A stretch of DNA of 64,000 nt from NCBI GenBank assembly GCA_965222115.1, contig CBDCTJ010000007.1, forward strand, positions 1,632,001 to 1,696,000. Direction: 5' to 3'. Of the stretch, positions 9,609-19,783 are shown in pieces. How positions within the stretch are numbered: the first letter of the stretch is position 1; each line of letters starts with the position of its first letter. The DNA is from Planctomycetota bacterium. GTDB lineage: Bacteria; Planctomycetota; PLA2; JAEUHO01. The notes beneath the pieces were generated by a model. That model searched no databases. It saw only the letters and a program-made list of their open reading frames with translations, and was not told the origin of the DNA. A program made the position numbers and the translations under genes.

Positions 9609-10931
9609 TTAGTAGCGATACAAGTCCGGCTTGTAGGGCCCTTTGACCGGAATGCCGAGGTACTCCGATTGCTCCTCGGACAACGTAGTTAGCTTCACGC
9701 CGAGCTTGTCAAGGTGCAGACGCGCAACCTCTTCGTCGAGCGTCTTGGGCAATGTGTAGACCTTGCCAGCCTCGTATTCGCCGGCCTTTGCCTGCCACAG
9801 CGCTATTTGCGCGAGCACTTGATTGGAAAAGCTGTTGGACATCACGAACGAGGGATGGCCTGTGGCGCAACCCAGGTTCACAAGCCGTCCGCGCGCCAAC
9901 ACGATTAGCTTGTTGCCATTGGGTAGTGAGAACAGGTCCACTTGGTCCTTGATGTTGATCTCGGACACATCGGGACTCTGTTCGAGCCATGCCATGTCGA
10001 TTTCGTGATCGAAGTGGCCAATGTTGCAGAGAATGGCATTGTCCTTCATCGCCATCATGTGCTTGCCCGTAACGACCTTGCAGCAGCCGGTGGCCGTTAC
10101 GAAGATATCGCCAACCGCTGCGGCTTCTTCCATGGTCGTGACTTCGAAGCCTTCCATGGCGGCCTGAAGTGCGCAGATCGGGTCAATCTCGGTGATCAAC
10201 ACGCGCGCGCCAAGCCCACGCATTGACTGCGCGCTGCCTTTGCCCACATCGCCGTAGCCACATACGACAACAACCTTGCCGGCCACCATGACTCCCGTTG
10301 CGCGCTTGAGTCCGTCGGCGAGCGACTCACGGCAGCCATAGAGGTTGTCGAACTTCGACTTCGTGACCGAGTCGTTCACATTGATGGCGGGCAACTTGAG
10401 TTCACCGTTTTCCGAAGCGCGATAAAGACGAGCAACGCCGGTCGTAGTCTCTTCGCTCAAGCCGCGAATGTCGCCAAGCAGTTCAGGATGCTTTTCGTGC
10501 ACGACCCACGTGAGGTCGCCGCCATCGTCGAGCAAGATGTTGGGACCGGAACCGTCGGGCCAACGAAGTGTTTGCTCGATGCACCACTCGTATTCTTCTT
10601 CGGTTTCACCCTTCCAGGCAAACACCGGAACACCGGCCTTTGCAACGGCAGCCGCGGCGTGATCTTCCGTGCTGTAAATGTTGCACGACGACCAACGAAC
10701 AGAAGCCCCGAGTTCCACCAACGTCTCAATAAGAATGGCCGTCTCAACGGTCATGTGAAGACAGCCCGCGACCTTCGCACCTGCGAGTGGCTTGGACGAT
10801 CCGTAGCGCTCACGTAGCGCCATCAATCCCGGCATTTCGGGCTCAGAAATCTGAATGTCTTTGCGCCCGTCTTCGGCCAGACCGATGTCCTTGACTTTGT
10901 AGTCCTTTACGGTGTCTACGGCGGCATTCAT
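9609..10931 (-). CDS. ahcY: Adenosylhomocysteinase
   Basis: [75 protein letters not shown]. Confidence 0.98.
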   Translation of the reverse strand: MNAAVDTVKDYKVKDIGLAEDGRKDIQISEPEMPGLMALRERYGSSKPLAGAKVAGCLHMTVETAILIETLVELGASVRWSSCNIYSTEDHAAAAVAKAGVPVFAWKGETEEEYEWCIEQTLRWPDGSGPNILLDDGGDLTWVVHEKHPELLGDIRGLSEETTTGVARLYRASENGELKLPAINVNDSVTKSKFDNLYGCRESLADGLKRATGVMVAGKVVVVCGYGDVGKGSAQSMRGLGARVLITEIDPICALQAAMEGFEVTTMEEAAAVGDIFVTATGCCKVVTGKHMMAMKDNAILCNIGHFDHEIDMAWLEQSPDVSEINIKDQVDLFSLPNGNKLIVLARGRLVNLGCATGHPSFVMSNSFSNQVLAQIALWQAKAGEYEAGKVYTLPKTLDEEVARLHLDKLGVKLTTLSEEQSEYLGIPVKGPYKPDLYRY

Positions 10932-11126
10932 AGTGCGTACTCTCCGATTGCAAGGGATGCGGTTGGTCACCTCATGGACGCCGCAGTGAATAAGGCAAAT
11001 AGTAGGCGAGGGTCCGACGCTTGGCTTGCTTGAAGACGAGCCGAAAGGAAACGCCCGTGTCCGAAAGTGCTCGCGTCGCCTTGGAAGGGGGCCCGATCGC
11101 CCCGTCGGTTCGCTACCCTACGGGTC

Positions 11127-12074
11127 ATGGGCAAGCCGAGTGTCGTCATTGTTGGAGATCGCCGCCGCAAGGGAGTGAAAGAGGGCGTTGAAGCCCATCT
11201 ACCCACGCTTCGCAAGCTTGTGACGATCGCCGCCGTCGATTTGGATGGGAACGAGGACCTCGCCCACACCCAGGCCGATCTCTGCCTCGTCTTCGGTGGC
11301 GACGGTTCGATTCTGCATGTGGCACGCCGATTGGGATCCAATCCCGTGCCGGTGCTCGGGGTCAACTACGGTCGCTTTGGCTTCCTGGCCGACCTCGCGC
11401 CGGACGAACTCGACGCGGGCATCCAACGTTGGTTGGCGGGCGATTTTTTGGTGGGTGAGCGCGCGCGCATGTCCATCATGCAAACGCGCCACGGCGTCGA
11501 GATCGGTCGCTGGCTGGCGCTCAACGATGTCGTGTTTGGCCGCGAAGACATTGGCGGCATGGTCGATGTTGACGTGGAGATTAGCGGCGACGACGCGGTT
11601 AGTTATGCGGGGGATGGTCTGATTCTGGCAACGCCCACCGGTTCAAGTGCCCATGCGCTCGCCGCTGGCGGGCCCCTGTTGGATCCCACTGTAGACGCCA
11701 TGGTCATGGTGCCGATTGCGCCTCACTCACTCGCAACGCGTCCTGTGGTCCTCAGTGGGCGGCAGCGGATTGAAGTGACAACGTCACGTGTGCGGGGTCC
11801 GGTTCGATTTACGGTGGATGGTGGGCCATCTAGCGCCCTGACCGTGGGCTGCACAGTTGCGGTGGAACTCTCCGACGCACCGCTACGCATGATTCGCGTT
11901 TGCGGTGGACCCTTCTTTGAAACCTTGCGCGACAAACTGGGGTGGCGTGGTCGCCCCTACTACCGAGGTGAAACACCAGCTCCCGAGACTTCGGCCCCTG
12001 AGAGCTCGAGTGAAGCGGTGCTGCCATCGACAGAGGATCCAGGCCGCGCTGCGTCCAAGAGGGCGCGTGAGTAA
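11127..12074 (+). CDS. nadK: NAD(+) kinase
   Basis: GGDGSIL, GVNYGRFGFL, LNDVV, GDGLILATPTGSSAHALAAGGP. Confidence 0.93.
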   Translation: MGKPSVVIVGDRRRKGVKEGVEAHLPTLRKLVTIAAVDLDGNEDLAHTQADLCLVFGGDGSILHVARRLGSNPVPVLGVNYGRFGFLADLAPDELDAGIQRWLAGDFLVGERARMSIMQTRHGVEIGRWLALNDVVFGREDIGGMVDVDVEISGDDAVSYAGDGLILATPTGSSAHALAAGGPLLDPTVDAMVMVPIAPHSLATRPVVLSGRQRIEVTTSRVRGPVRFTVDGGPSSALTVGCTVAVELSDAPLRMIRVCGGPFFETLRDKLGWRGRPYYRGETPAPETSAPESSSEAVLPSTEDPGRAASKRARE

Positions 12075-12975
12075 GCGACGCCAACCGTCGGCAGATGCGC
12101 GCAACGCCACAATCGATGCGGCGCTCTTTCCGCCCTCGTTTTTGCGCCTGCTGGCATTGGTTCCCAGCGCTGTGCGCCGTTTGCATGCCGGTGTGGCTGA
12201 TGGCCACCGCGTGCAACGTGGCGAAGGGGGTCGATTCTTTTTCCGTGGTCATCGTGAGTATCGGCCAGGCGATGATCTAAAGCGCATCGACTGGAATGTG
12301 GCCGCACGTTCAGGCCGCACGCTCGTTCGACAGTACGACGCGGAGAAAGACGTCTCGACCGAGGTTTGGCTTGATGGAAGCGCGTCGATGGTCCCCGGTG
12401 GCGGACACGTCACAACGGTTCGGACCGTCGCGCTCTGTTGTGCCATTGGCCTTGCCAGCGGTGGCCGCGTGCGGCTGGGGCGTCTTCAGGAGGGTGCGGT
12501 TCGCAAGCTCTTTGATGCGCGCGACGGCAAGGGTATGCGAACCGTGCTTGAGATCTTGAGCGCGCACACGTTCGAAGGTCGTGCCGACTTGGCGCGTGCC
12601 TTGCCGCTTCTCCAGCGACAAACAAAGCGCGGCGCACGCCTCATGTTGATTTCAGACCTGCTTACCCGCACGCATCCCGGCGTCTTGCAGGGCTTTGCTG
12701 CACGTTCCCTAAGAGGCGCTGTCATTCACCTACGGACACCGGTCGTGGCTGAGGCGATGCTCGGACAAACCGTTATGGCGAGTGACGTGGAGAACGGCGT
12801 GCAGCGGCGCGTGCGCATGGACGCTGCCACGGTGGCACGCATTGCAGAACGAAGTCGCACGCATGCTGATTTGTGGGCACGTCATGTGCGGTCGATCGGA
12901 CTTCACTACGTTCCCGTTTCGCCGGATCAGCCATCGGAAGACGTGCTGCGACGACTTGTATTGGAAGTGCCGTGA
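12067..12975 (+). CDS. DUF58 domain protein (MoxR-associated, vWA-like)
   Basis: FRGHREYRPGDDLKRIDWNVAAR, WLDGSASM, LISDL; GTG start overlaps nadK. Confidence 0.88.
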   Translation: MSKRRQPSADARNATIDAALFPPSFLRLLALVPSAVRRLHAGVADGHRVQRGEGGRFFFRGHREYRPGDDLKRIDWNVAARSGRTLVRQYDAEKDVSTEVWLDGSASMVPGGGHVTTVRTVALCCAIGLASGGRVRLGRLQEGAVRKLFDARDGKGMRTVLEILSAHTFEGRADLARALPLLQRQTKRGARLMLISDLLTRTHPGVLQGFAARSLRGAVIHLRTPVVAEAMLGQTVMASDVENGVQRRVRMDAATVARIAERSRTHADLWARHVRSIGLHYVPVSPDQPSEDVLRRLVLEVP

Positions 12976-14603
12976 CCTTTGCGGTGCCCCTTGCATTGTT
13001 AGGACTGCTTTCGCTGCCCGTTTTGTGGTGGTTGCATCGGCGCATGCGGCGTCCACCAACGGTCACGATGCCTTCGCTCATGTTCCTCATGGATGAAGAC
13101 GATGCGCGTTCACTCCCCAAGGGCCGGCGCATCGATCTGTCGCTGTTGGCTACACTCGGCGCGGCGGCATTGCTGTCAATTGCAGCGGCGGGACCACACG
13201 TGAAACGCCAGACGACCGGTCGCGTAGTGCGTATTGTGGTGGATCGCGGTGCCATGGACCCGTCGAGTGCCTATCGGCAACGCGTTGACGCCTACCTCAG
13301 AACGCTGCGCAAGTCGCTTGGCGACGAAGATCGCGTCGTACGTGTAAATCTGCCGAATCGCACAGGTGATTCGAACTATGCGGCCTATGCACGCGCACGG
13401 CGCGCGTCCGTAGAGGCACTTCGAGGCGTTGCACTCGCAGGCAAGGCCGATGTACGCGTTGTTATCTCCGATGCGTTTCCATTCGACGTGAATGCAGACG
13501 AGTCGTCGTCAGGCAGCATTCGCTGGATCGCACTTGGAAGTGACGACGATGAGAACGTAAGCATCGTTTCGGTGAATGCGCGGACAGAGTCGACCAGCAC
13601 GTCCGTATTTGTGAATGTGCGCAACCAAGGAGACGCGCCTCGGTCGGTCCAAGTCGTAGCGACTTCAGGCAGTGCGGGTGACGTCAAGCACACGACGACT
13701 GAGGTTCTGGTCAAACCTGGTGCCCATACCACCACGACAATGGATCTACCGCCGGGATTGGATCGCGTTCGCCTGCGTTTGGTACAAGTGTCGGGTGAGC
13801 CTCTGGCCGATGCACTCGCCGTGGATGACGATGTATGGCTACTCTCGAGAGAACCACTGCGTGTGTCGATCGCGTCAACGTTGCCGAAGGTGTTGAACAC
13901 GGCGATTCGCGACGCGCTTACAGCCAGTCTTGGATCCGATGGGTGGCAAGAGGGCGGTGTTGATCGAGTGGCAGATATCAGCTTTGGTGACTCAGCAAGT
14001 TCCGGGCAGGGTGACGTGAGATTGCGAGTTGCATTTGTCGTACTGCCCAAAGACGAGCAAGTTGCTATTCGTCGCCGCGCTCGTTTTTCTCAGCTCGATC
14101 ACCCGTTACTTCGCGATGTGTTGCTACGCGAACTGCCGGCACACGTATGGGCGCCGCCGAAGAGTGAAGCCAACCATGGACTGGCGTTGGCGTCGTGGCA
14201 AGAGCGGCAGAACGCATATCCAGTTATTGTGCTCGGCGATGACAGTACGTTGGCGATGTACCTAGACGCGTCGCAACTCACATCACAGTTGCTGCAACGT
14301 CCTTGGTTCCCTCTGTGGATCGACAACTGTGTGGTTCACGTCCGCGGCGATCGACGCACCGGGCCCTATCGCATCGAAGGACTGCTTGACATCAAGAGTT
14401 CAACGTTGGGACGTTCGCGGTTGGGTCCGTCAGCCGAATCGGTTGCGACTGCCGTCGCTCGGGTTCGAACAGAGCGTATTTCCCTGCGCACCCCTTGCAT
14501 CTTTGCCGCGCTGGCGTTGCTTCTTCTGTTGTGGGCAGTACCGGTAGTCGTTGCCGGGAAGCGCCGAGCCTCAAGCTCGGGTCTGCGGATCGCGTATCCA
14601 TAG
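12972..14603 (+). CDS. BatA-domain membrane protein with a degenerate vWA domain
   Basis: N-terminal FAVPLALLGLLSLPVLWWLH...PSLMFL BatA signature; C-terminal TM helix; GTGA overlap with DUF58. Confidence 0.8.
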   Translation: MTFAVPLALLGLLSLPVLWWLHRRMRRPPTVTMPSLMFLMDEDDARSLPKGRRIDLSLLATLGAAALLSIAAAGPHVKRQTTGRVVRIVVDRGAMDPSSAYRQRVDAYLRTLRKSLGDEDRVVRVNLPNRTGDSNYAAYARARRASVEALRGVALAGKADVRVVISDAFPFDVNADESSSGSIRWIALGSDDDENVSIVSVNARTESTSTSVFVNVRNQGDAPRSVQVVATSGSAGDVKHTTTEVLVKPGAHTTTTMDLPPGLDRVRLRLVQVSGEPLADALAVDDDVWLLSREPLRVSIASTLPKVLNTAIRDALTASLGSDGWQEGGVDRVADISFGDSASSGQGDVRLRVAFVVLPKDEQVAIRRRARFSQLDHPLLRDVLLRELPAHVWAPPKSEANHGLALASWQERQNAYPVIVLGDDSTLAMYLDASQLTSQLLQRPWFPLWIDNCVVHVRGDRRTGPYRIEGLLDIKSSTLGRSRLGPSAESVATAVARVRTERISLRTPCIFAALALLLLLWAVPVVVAGKRRASSSGLRIAYP

Positions 14604-14687
14604 CCCGCTTTTCATGGCCAGTCCCGGCTAGACATCGAAAGTCGAGATTCGATGATGATCCCAAGCAGATCCGATAGGGAGTCTCCA

Positions 14688-17600
14688 GTGCCGCGCATAT
14701 ACCGCACCTTAGCAGTTGCCCATGTGGTGTTGATCTTGCTCATTGCTGGCCCTCCGTTGGCCAATGCGAAAGATGCTGCGCCTGCGACGCCTGCTGAAGC
14801 CGCTAAGCAGGTCATCGACGCTCACCGCAAAAAAAATGGCGATGCGCTGAAAGCAGCAGCAAAAAGCAGCCGACCCAGCCCCTGGCAAGTCGTAGATGCG
14901 CTAGTGCGCCAGGGTGCCGTCGATGCAGCCATAGCCTTGGCGAACGCGTGCCAAGGCAGTGCCTATGCGAAACTCAAGGACTACATTGAACGTGCCACGA
15001 AGGCAGGCAGCTTAGATAAGGTTCGTAGACTTTTGTCAGAAGCGCGAACGAGCGCAGAGAATAAGGCGTGGAAGGCCATCATCGCTCAACCTGAAGAGGA
15101 CGGTGACCCGTCTGTCCCGTCGATCGAGAGGCTCCGCTTGCTCGCTAAGGCCCATGCTGCACTGGGCAATCAGGATACTGCCAAGGCAACGCGTGAGCGA
15201 GTTGTCCGGGATGCCTTGACGCTTGGTTGGATCCGAGCGGCCACAAACGTGTACGCCGAAGACGCCATGCGTCATCGCGCAAAGGGAAAAGTACCGGACG
15301 CTATAGCTTCGATGCTGAAAGCGCTACGCGTAGCCGAAGACACCGACGATAAGAAGAACGCAGGTCGTATCCTTGGCAACTTGGCTCTTCTTCACGAATC
15401 GATTCGAGCACCAAAGAAGGTCATTGAATATCATAGGCGTTCATTGGCGATGTTTCGCGCTATCAACGATCGCGAAAACGAGACGATCGCACTGCTCAAC
15501 ATGACGCGCGCGTATGAGTCGCAAGGCCATGTCAAGCATGCGCTCACTCACGCCAAGCTCGGGCTCGAGATTGCGCGCGAACTTCAAGGCTCAGAATTGT
15601 TGCTCGATGCAGTTCACGTAGCGGCGAAGGCTGAAGATGACGCCGGAAACACGGAACGCGCGCTCAAGTTGCTCGACGAGTTGCACGCGGTTGCGGCGAA
15701 ACATGGGAGCCTTTCCTACCTCTCGCTCGCGGCGGGCAGGCGAGGATCGATTGCGCAGGCGCAGGGGAAGTTTGACAAGGCCGAGGCCTTTTATGCCTCG
15801 GCGAGAGACTTGGCGATGAAAGTTGGCGACACGCACCGCGCGGCCAAAATCGGCTATAACCTTGCAACGCTGAAGAAGAATCGCGGCGATTATGACGGCG
15901 CGATTGCGGGCTTTGAGGCGTGCAAAGTGGCATTTAGGCGCGCAGGCGATCGCTACGGCATTGCTACGGTCGAGTATGGAATGGGGACTATCTATTCCGT
16001 TACGGGGCGCTACGCGCTATCTATTCCTCGATTTAAGCGCGCGCTTGCTGGTTTTCGAGACACCGGCAATCGCGGGGCTGAGTTGCAAGGGCTTATTGCG
16101 TTAGGTACTGCGCTTTCTCAGATCGGCGAGGCATCTACATCGCGCTCACTTGTGCAGGAAGCGCTTGAACTTGCGAAGAAGCTTGGAAGTCCTGGTCACG
16201 TTGCTCATGCACAGTCGATGATGGCATCGATCGATCAAGCGGAAGGAAGGTTTGATCAGGCGCGTGACCGGCTTGCAAAGGCCAAAGCGGTCTACGAACG
16301 AATGCGGCAAAGGCCGCGAGTCGCCATGACGGTCAATCAGATGGCGTCTGTGGCGCTCAGGAAGGCGGACTTTGCAACGGCTCTAGCCGAGTTTTCGCAG
16401 GCGGAAGCTACATTTCGTGAACTTGGGATGCGCACGCGAGTTCTAAGTCTGCTATTGGACCGAGGGTTCTTGTTAATGCGCATTGGTCGTGCAGACGAGG
16501 GACTTCGATGCGTGGACGAAGCGCTTGGGATCAGCGCTTCGCTAGACGGGAAGCCACACGAGGGCCACATTCACGGCGTACGCTCCGTATTGCTACGTCA
16601 GCTCGGTCGACTGAAAGAGGCTGAAGAAGCTGGAGTGCGTTCGGTATCGCTCTTGGAGGCCGCCAAGGATCATCTTCGTCACGCACGGGCGCTCCAGAAT
16701 CTCGGGCTCGTATATCAGGCACAGCAATTGCCAAGAAAGGCACTTGACGTGTTTCAGCGGGCTGTTGCGTTAAAAGAAGCACGCGGAAATTGGGCGGGCG
16801 CTGCTCACACATTGTTCAACGTAGGCAACGTGTCCGAAGAACTGGGGACGTGGGATGAGACACGTGCGGCCTATGAGAAAGGCATGCGGTATCTCGAACG
16901 TTCCCCTTCGCCGCAGACGCGTACTCGTCTTCAGTTCGGATTGGCGAAAGCGGCATATTCTGCTGGTCAAATGGCCAAGGCAATTGCCTACGCGAAGGAG
17001 AGCATATCGGGTTCCACCGCGTACGCATCCGGGCTGGTGGGTCGAGATTTTGCCGAGGTGAAAGAGTCGCATTTCCCGGCATACAACGTGGGATACGCGG
17101 CGTCCGCAGCGTTGAATAGTTCCGCCGACATGCTTTGGTTTCTTGAACGCGGCCGCGCCAATGTATTCCGTGCGGATCGCGATGTCGAGTCGAGCATCGA
17201 GAACAAGTTCTTGAAACAAGCAACGCGGACGGCCCTTGCTCGTGCACAGGCGGAGGAACGCCGACGGTTGTCTGCGCTCAAAAGCCCGGGCCCGAAGCGC
17301 CCCACCCGCGCGGCACGTGCCCAGCTGCTCGGCGAGTGGGAGAAGGCTCGCGAAGCCCATGCCAATCTTCGCCTCAAAGTGCAGCGTGAACTGTCTGCGC
17401 TCCATCCACTAAGCAACGCACGCGTCACAACTACGAAGGATCTTCAATCCATTCTCGGCAAGAACGAAGCGATCGTTTTCTATGCCGTCACTCCAGAGCG
17501 AGCGTTTGCCTTCGTCGTAACCAAAGAGTCGACTCGCATCGTAACCCTGGGTGAAACCTCAAAGGTGCTCACGCCACTTGTTGAAATTCTGACCAAGCGT

Positions 17601-18461
17601 CAAGGATGGCTTACCGCCGCCGATATCGGCCAGATGCGCGCGGTACTCGTTGAGCCGTTGGCATTGCCCAAATCCACCAAACGCGTGATCATCTCGCCCA
17701 TGGCAGAGATTGGGTACATGCCATTGGGCGCAACGTTTACAGGACTGGATGTCGTCTCGGTGCCTTCGGGCACAGTATATCAAGCGCTCCTGGCAAAGAA
17801 GGACCATGGCCCCACGGCTCCCGTGTTGGGAATTGGAGACCCCAACTATCGCGCCGAGTCGCGCCCGCAATCGGTAACGCGCGCCGCGCGTGCGTGGAAG
17901 CTCACATCACTTCCGAATACCCGTCGGGAGATTGAGAAGATTGCCGATACTAAGTTGCTTGGCAATGATGCATCCGAATCGTCGTTCCTGAGTGCACTTG
18001 CGAAGGAGAAGGTGTGGCGTTCCGTTCATTTTGCATGTCATGGACTTGTCGATAGTGAACGCCCCCTGCATTCGGCGCTGGCACTTTCTGTTGACGATAA
18101 GCACGATGGACTATTGTCGGCCTTTGAAGTTCTTGGGCTTCGTATGTCAACGGATTTGTGCGTGCTCTCGGCCTGTGAGTCTGGTTTGGGGCGTGTGTAC
18201 CGAACGGAGGGCATACTTGGACTCACCCGCGCGTTCTTTTCTGCGGGTGCTTCGCGCGTACTCTGTTCGCTGTGGAAGGTTGATGATGCGGCGACTGCCG
18301 CACTCATGGCCGAGTTTTACACCCGTTGGAATCCCAAGGATGGATCAAGGGGTGTGGATGCTGCTGTCGCCCTTAGGCAGGCACAAAGTGTCATTAGATC
18401 CAAAAAGAAATGGTCTGAACCGCACTTTTGGGCGGCGTGGGTCCTGTGGGGCAAGCCTTAG
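14688..18461 (+). CDS. Secreted TPR-repeat CHAT (caspase-like) protease
   Basis: Signal-peptide-like start (…LILLIAGPPLANA|KD), long TPR array, CHAT dyad VHFACHG and VLSACESGLG, SLWKVDD, PHFWAAW; alternative start 14652. Confidence 0.9.
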   Translation: MPRIYRTLAVAHVVLILLIAGPPLANAKDAAPATPAEAAKQVIDAHRKKNGDALKAAAKSSRPSPWQVVDALVRQGAVDAAIALANACQGSAYAKLKDYIERATKAGSLDKVRRLLSEARTSAENKAWKAIIAQPEEDGDPSVPSIERLRLLAKAHAALGNQDTAKATRERVVRDALTLGWIRAATNVYAEDAMRHRAKGKVPDAIASMLKALRVAEDTDDKKNAGRILGNLALLHESIRAPKKVIEYHRRSLAMFRAINDRENETIALLNMTRAYESQGHVKHALTHAKLGLEIARELQGSELLLDAVHVAAKAEDDAGNTERALKLLDELHAVAAKHGSLSYLSLAAGRRGSIAQAQGKFDKAEAFYASARDLAMKVGDTHRAAKIGYNLATLKKNRGDYDGAIAGFEACKVAFRRAGDRYGIATVEYGMGTIYSVTGRYALSIPRFKRALAGFRDTGNRGAELQGLIALGTALSQIGEASTSRSLVQEALELAKKLGSPGHVAHAQSMMASIDQAEGRFDQARDRLAKAKAVYERMRQRPRVAMTVNQMASVALRKADFATALAEFSQAEATFRELGMRTRVLSLLLDRGFLLMRIGRADEGLRCVDEALGISASLDGKPHEGHIHGVRSVLLRQLGRLKEAEEAGVRSVSLLEAAKDHLRHARALQNLGLVYQAQQLPRKALDVFQRAVALKEARGNWAGAAHTLFNVGNVSEELGTWDETRAAYEKGMRYLERSPSPQTRTRLQFGLAKAAYSAGQMAKAIAYAKESISGSTAYASGLVGRDFAEVKESHFPAYNVGYAASAALNSSADMLWFLERGRANVFRADRDVESSIENKFLKQATRTALARAQAEERRRLSALKSPGPKRPTRAARAQLLGEWEKAREAHANLRLKVQRELSALHPLSNARVTTTKDLQSILGKNEAIVFYAVTPERAFAFVVTKESTRIVTLGETSKVLTPLVEILTKRQGWLTAADIGQMRAVLVEPLALPKSTKRVIISPMAEIGYMPLGATFTGLDVVSVPSGTVYQALLAKKDHGPTAPVLGIGDPNYRAESRPQSVTRAARAWKLTSLPNTRREIEKIADTKLLGNDASESSFLSALAKEKVWRSVHFACHGLVDSERPLHSALALSVDDKHDGLLSAFEVLGLRMSTDLCVLSACESGLGRVYRTEGILGLTRAFFSAGASRVLCSLWKVDDAATAALMAEFYTRWNPKDGSRGVDAAVALRQAQSVIRSKKKWSEPHFWAAWVLWGKP

Positions 18462-18490
18462 TCCACGTGGCCAGTAGAAACGAATCTTTA

Positions 18491-19783
18491 ATGTCACGCA
18501 TCCTTACCGCTCTCGGCGTCGCGTGGAGGCGCATTCGGCGCAGGCCGGTGCGTTCGTTTCTGCTACTGCAAGGCACCGTATGGGGGGTGGCGGTTGCGAT
18601 CTTTCCGTCTGCGGTATTGCAAGGTACGCGGGAGGCAATGCGTGTACAGGGAGAACGACTCGGTGTCGATCGATTTTCAGTTGCGGCCGATACCACGGCA
18701 TCGTCATTCAAGCCGTTGCGCGTGAGTGACCTTGAAACGGTTCGTTCTGCGCCACGTGACGCAACAACAACTGCAACTGTTCGTGGCGCTGTGGGTTTGT
18801 CGGTGCTCGGTTCGCTACATAGGGATGCAGGACCACCAATCACCGTGTTGGGCGCAACGGACGGTCCAATAAAGGCACGGGGATTTACGCTAGCGGCGGG
18901 TCGCGATTTGCGTGCAGAGGATGACGCGACTGTATGCGTGATTGAGGCGGGCGTTGTGTCTGTGCTTTTTGGATCAGAAGCACGCGCGCCCGATGCTCTT
19001 GGAAAGACGGTCACGCTGCCACCCAATGCCCGAGCGGCGACGATTGTCGGTGTTGCCGCACCTCGCACGAAGGAGATGTTGCGCAGCAATGACCTTGGAT
19101 TCGACGTAGAGCATGATGTCTACAAGAAGGTCCTTGGGAACCTATTGATTGCCATGGGCATGCCCGCGCTCGATGACGACTGGAAGCGCAACGATCGCTG
19201 TATCTATCGTTCGCTGCGTGCGGTCACAACGGATGCCGATCCGAAGGTCGAGTGGATCATGGGACGTGCCCGGCAAGATGGCGAGCCGGTGGCTCACGAA
19301 CTGCGCGAACGGCTGCGTCGCCGTGGCAAGGATGCGCTCGTGCTCACGCCGTTGATATTGCCCGGACTCATGAGCGAGCGCGTGGATCGCTTTGCCGCTG
19401 TTCCCTTTGCCATGTTTCTCGCGTGTCTCGTGATGGGCGCGGTGGTGATGGCCAACCTCGGGCTACTCAATACGCTCAGCCGCCGCGAGGAGATCGCTGT
19501 ACAGCGCGTCGAGGGAGCCACGCGTCGAGACATTGCATGGCAGTTCCTTTTCGAGGGGGTGATCCTCTCGGCCCTGGGCTGCGCGTTGGGCTGTCTATTG
19601 GGCATGGCACTGGCTCAGCTACGTGTATCGCTGGAGCCCGTTACAGGCTTTGCATGGCGCTTTCCGTGGCGCGAGGCCGGTATTGCGGTGGGGGTGGCGA
19701 TGCTCATCGGATTGCTCGCGTCCTGGATTCCCGCTCTTCGCGCAAGTCGGCAAGAGCCCGTATCGGGACTTCACGATGCTTGA
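18491..19783 (+). CDS. ABC transporter permease, MacB/FtsX family
   Basis: RSFLLLQG N-terminal TM, periplasmic core, RREEIAVQRVEGATRRDIAWQFLFEG, PALRAS. Confidence 0.88.
   Translation: MSRILTALGVAWRRIRRRPVRSFLLLQGTVWGVAVAIFPSAVLQGTREAMRVQGERLGVDRFSVAADTTASSFKPLRVSDLETVRSAPRDATTTATVRGAVGLSVLGSLHRDAGPPITVLGATDGPIKARGFTLAAGRDLRAEDDATVCVIEAGVVSVLFGSEARAPDALGKTVTLPPNARAATIVGVAAPRTKEMLRSNDLGFDVEHDVYKKVLGNLLIAMGMPALDDDWKRNDRCIYRSLRAVTTDADPKVEWIMGRARQDGEPVAHELRERLRRRGKDALVLTPLILPGLMSERVDRFAAVPFAMFLACLVMGAVVMANLGLLNTLSRREEIAVQRVEGATRRDIAWQFLFEGVILSALGCALGCLLGMALAQLRVSLEPVTGFAWRFPWREAGIAVGVAMLIGLLASWIPALRASRQEPVSGLHDA

Noticed and set aside
14688-18461. CRISPR-associated (Craspase) or gasdermin-linked CHAT defence system
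   Set aside because: No cas genes, array, gasdermin or sigma/anti-sigma substrate nearby, and the protein appears to be exported.
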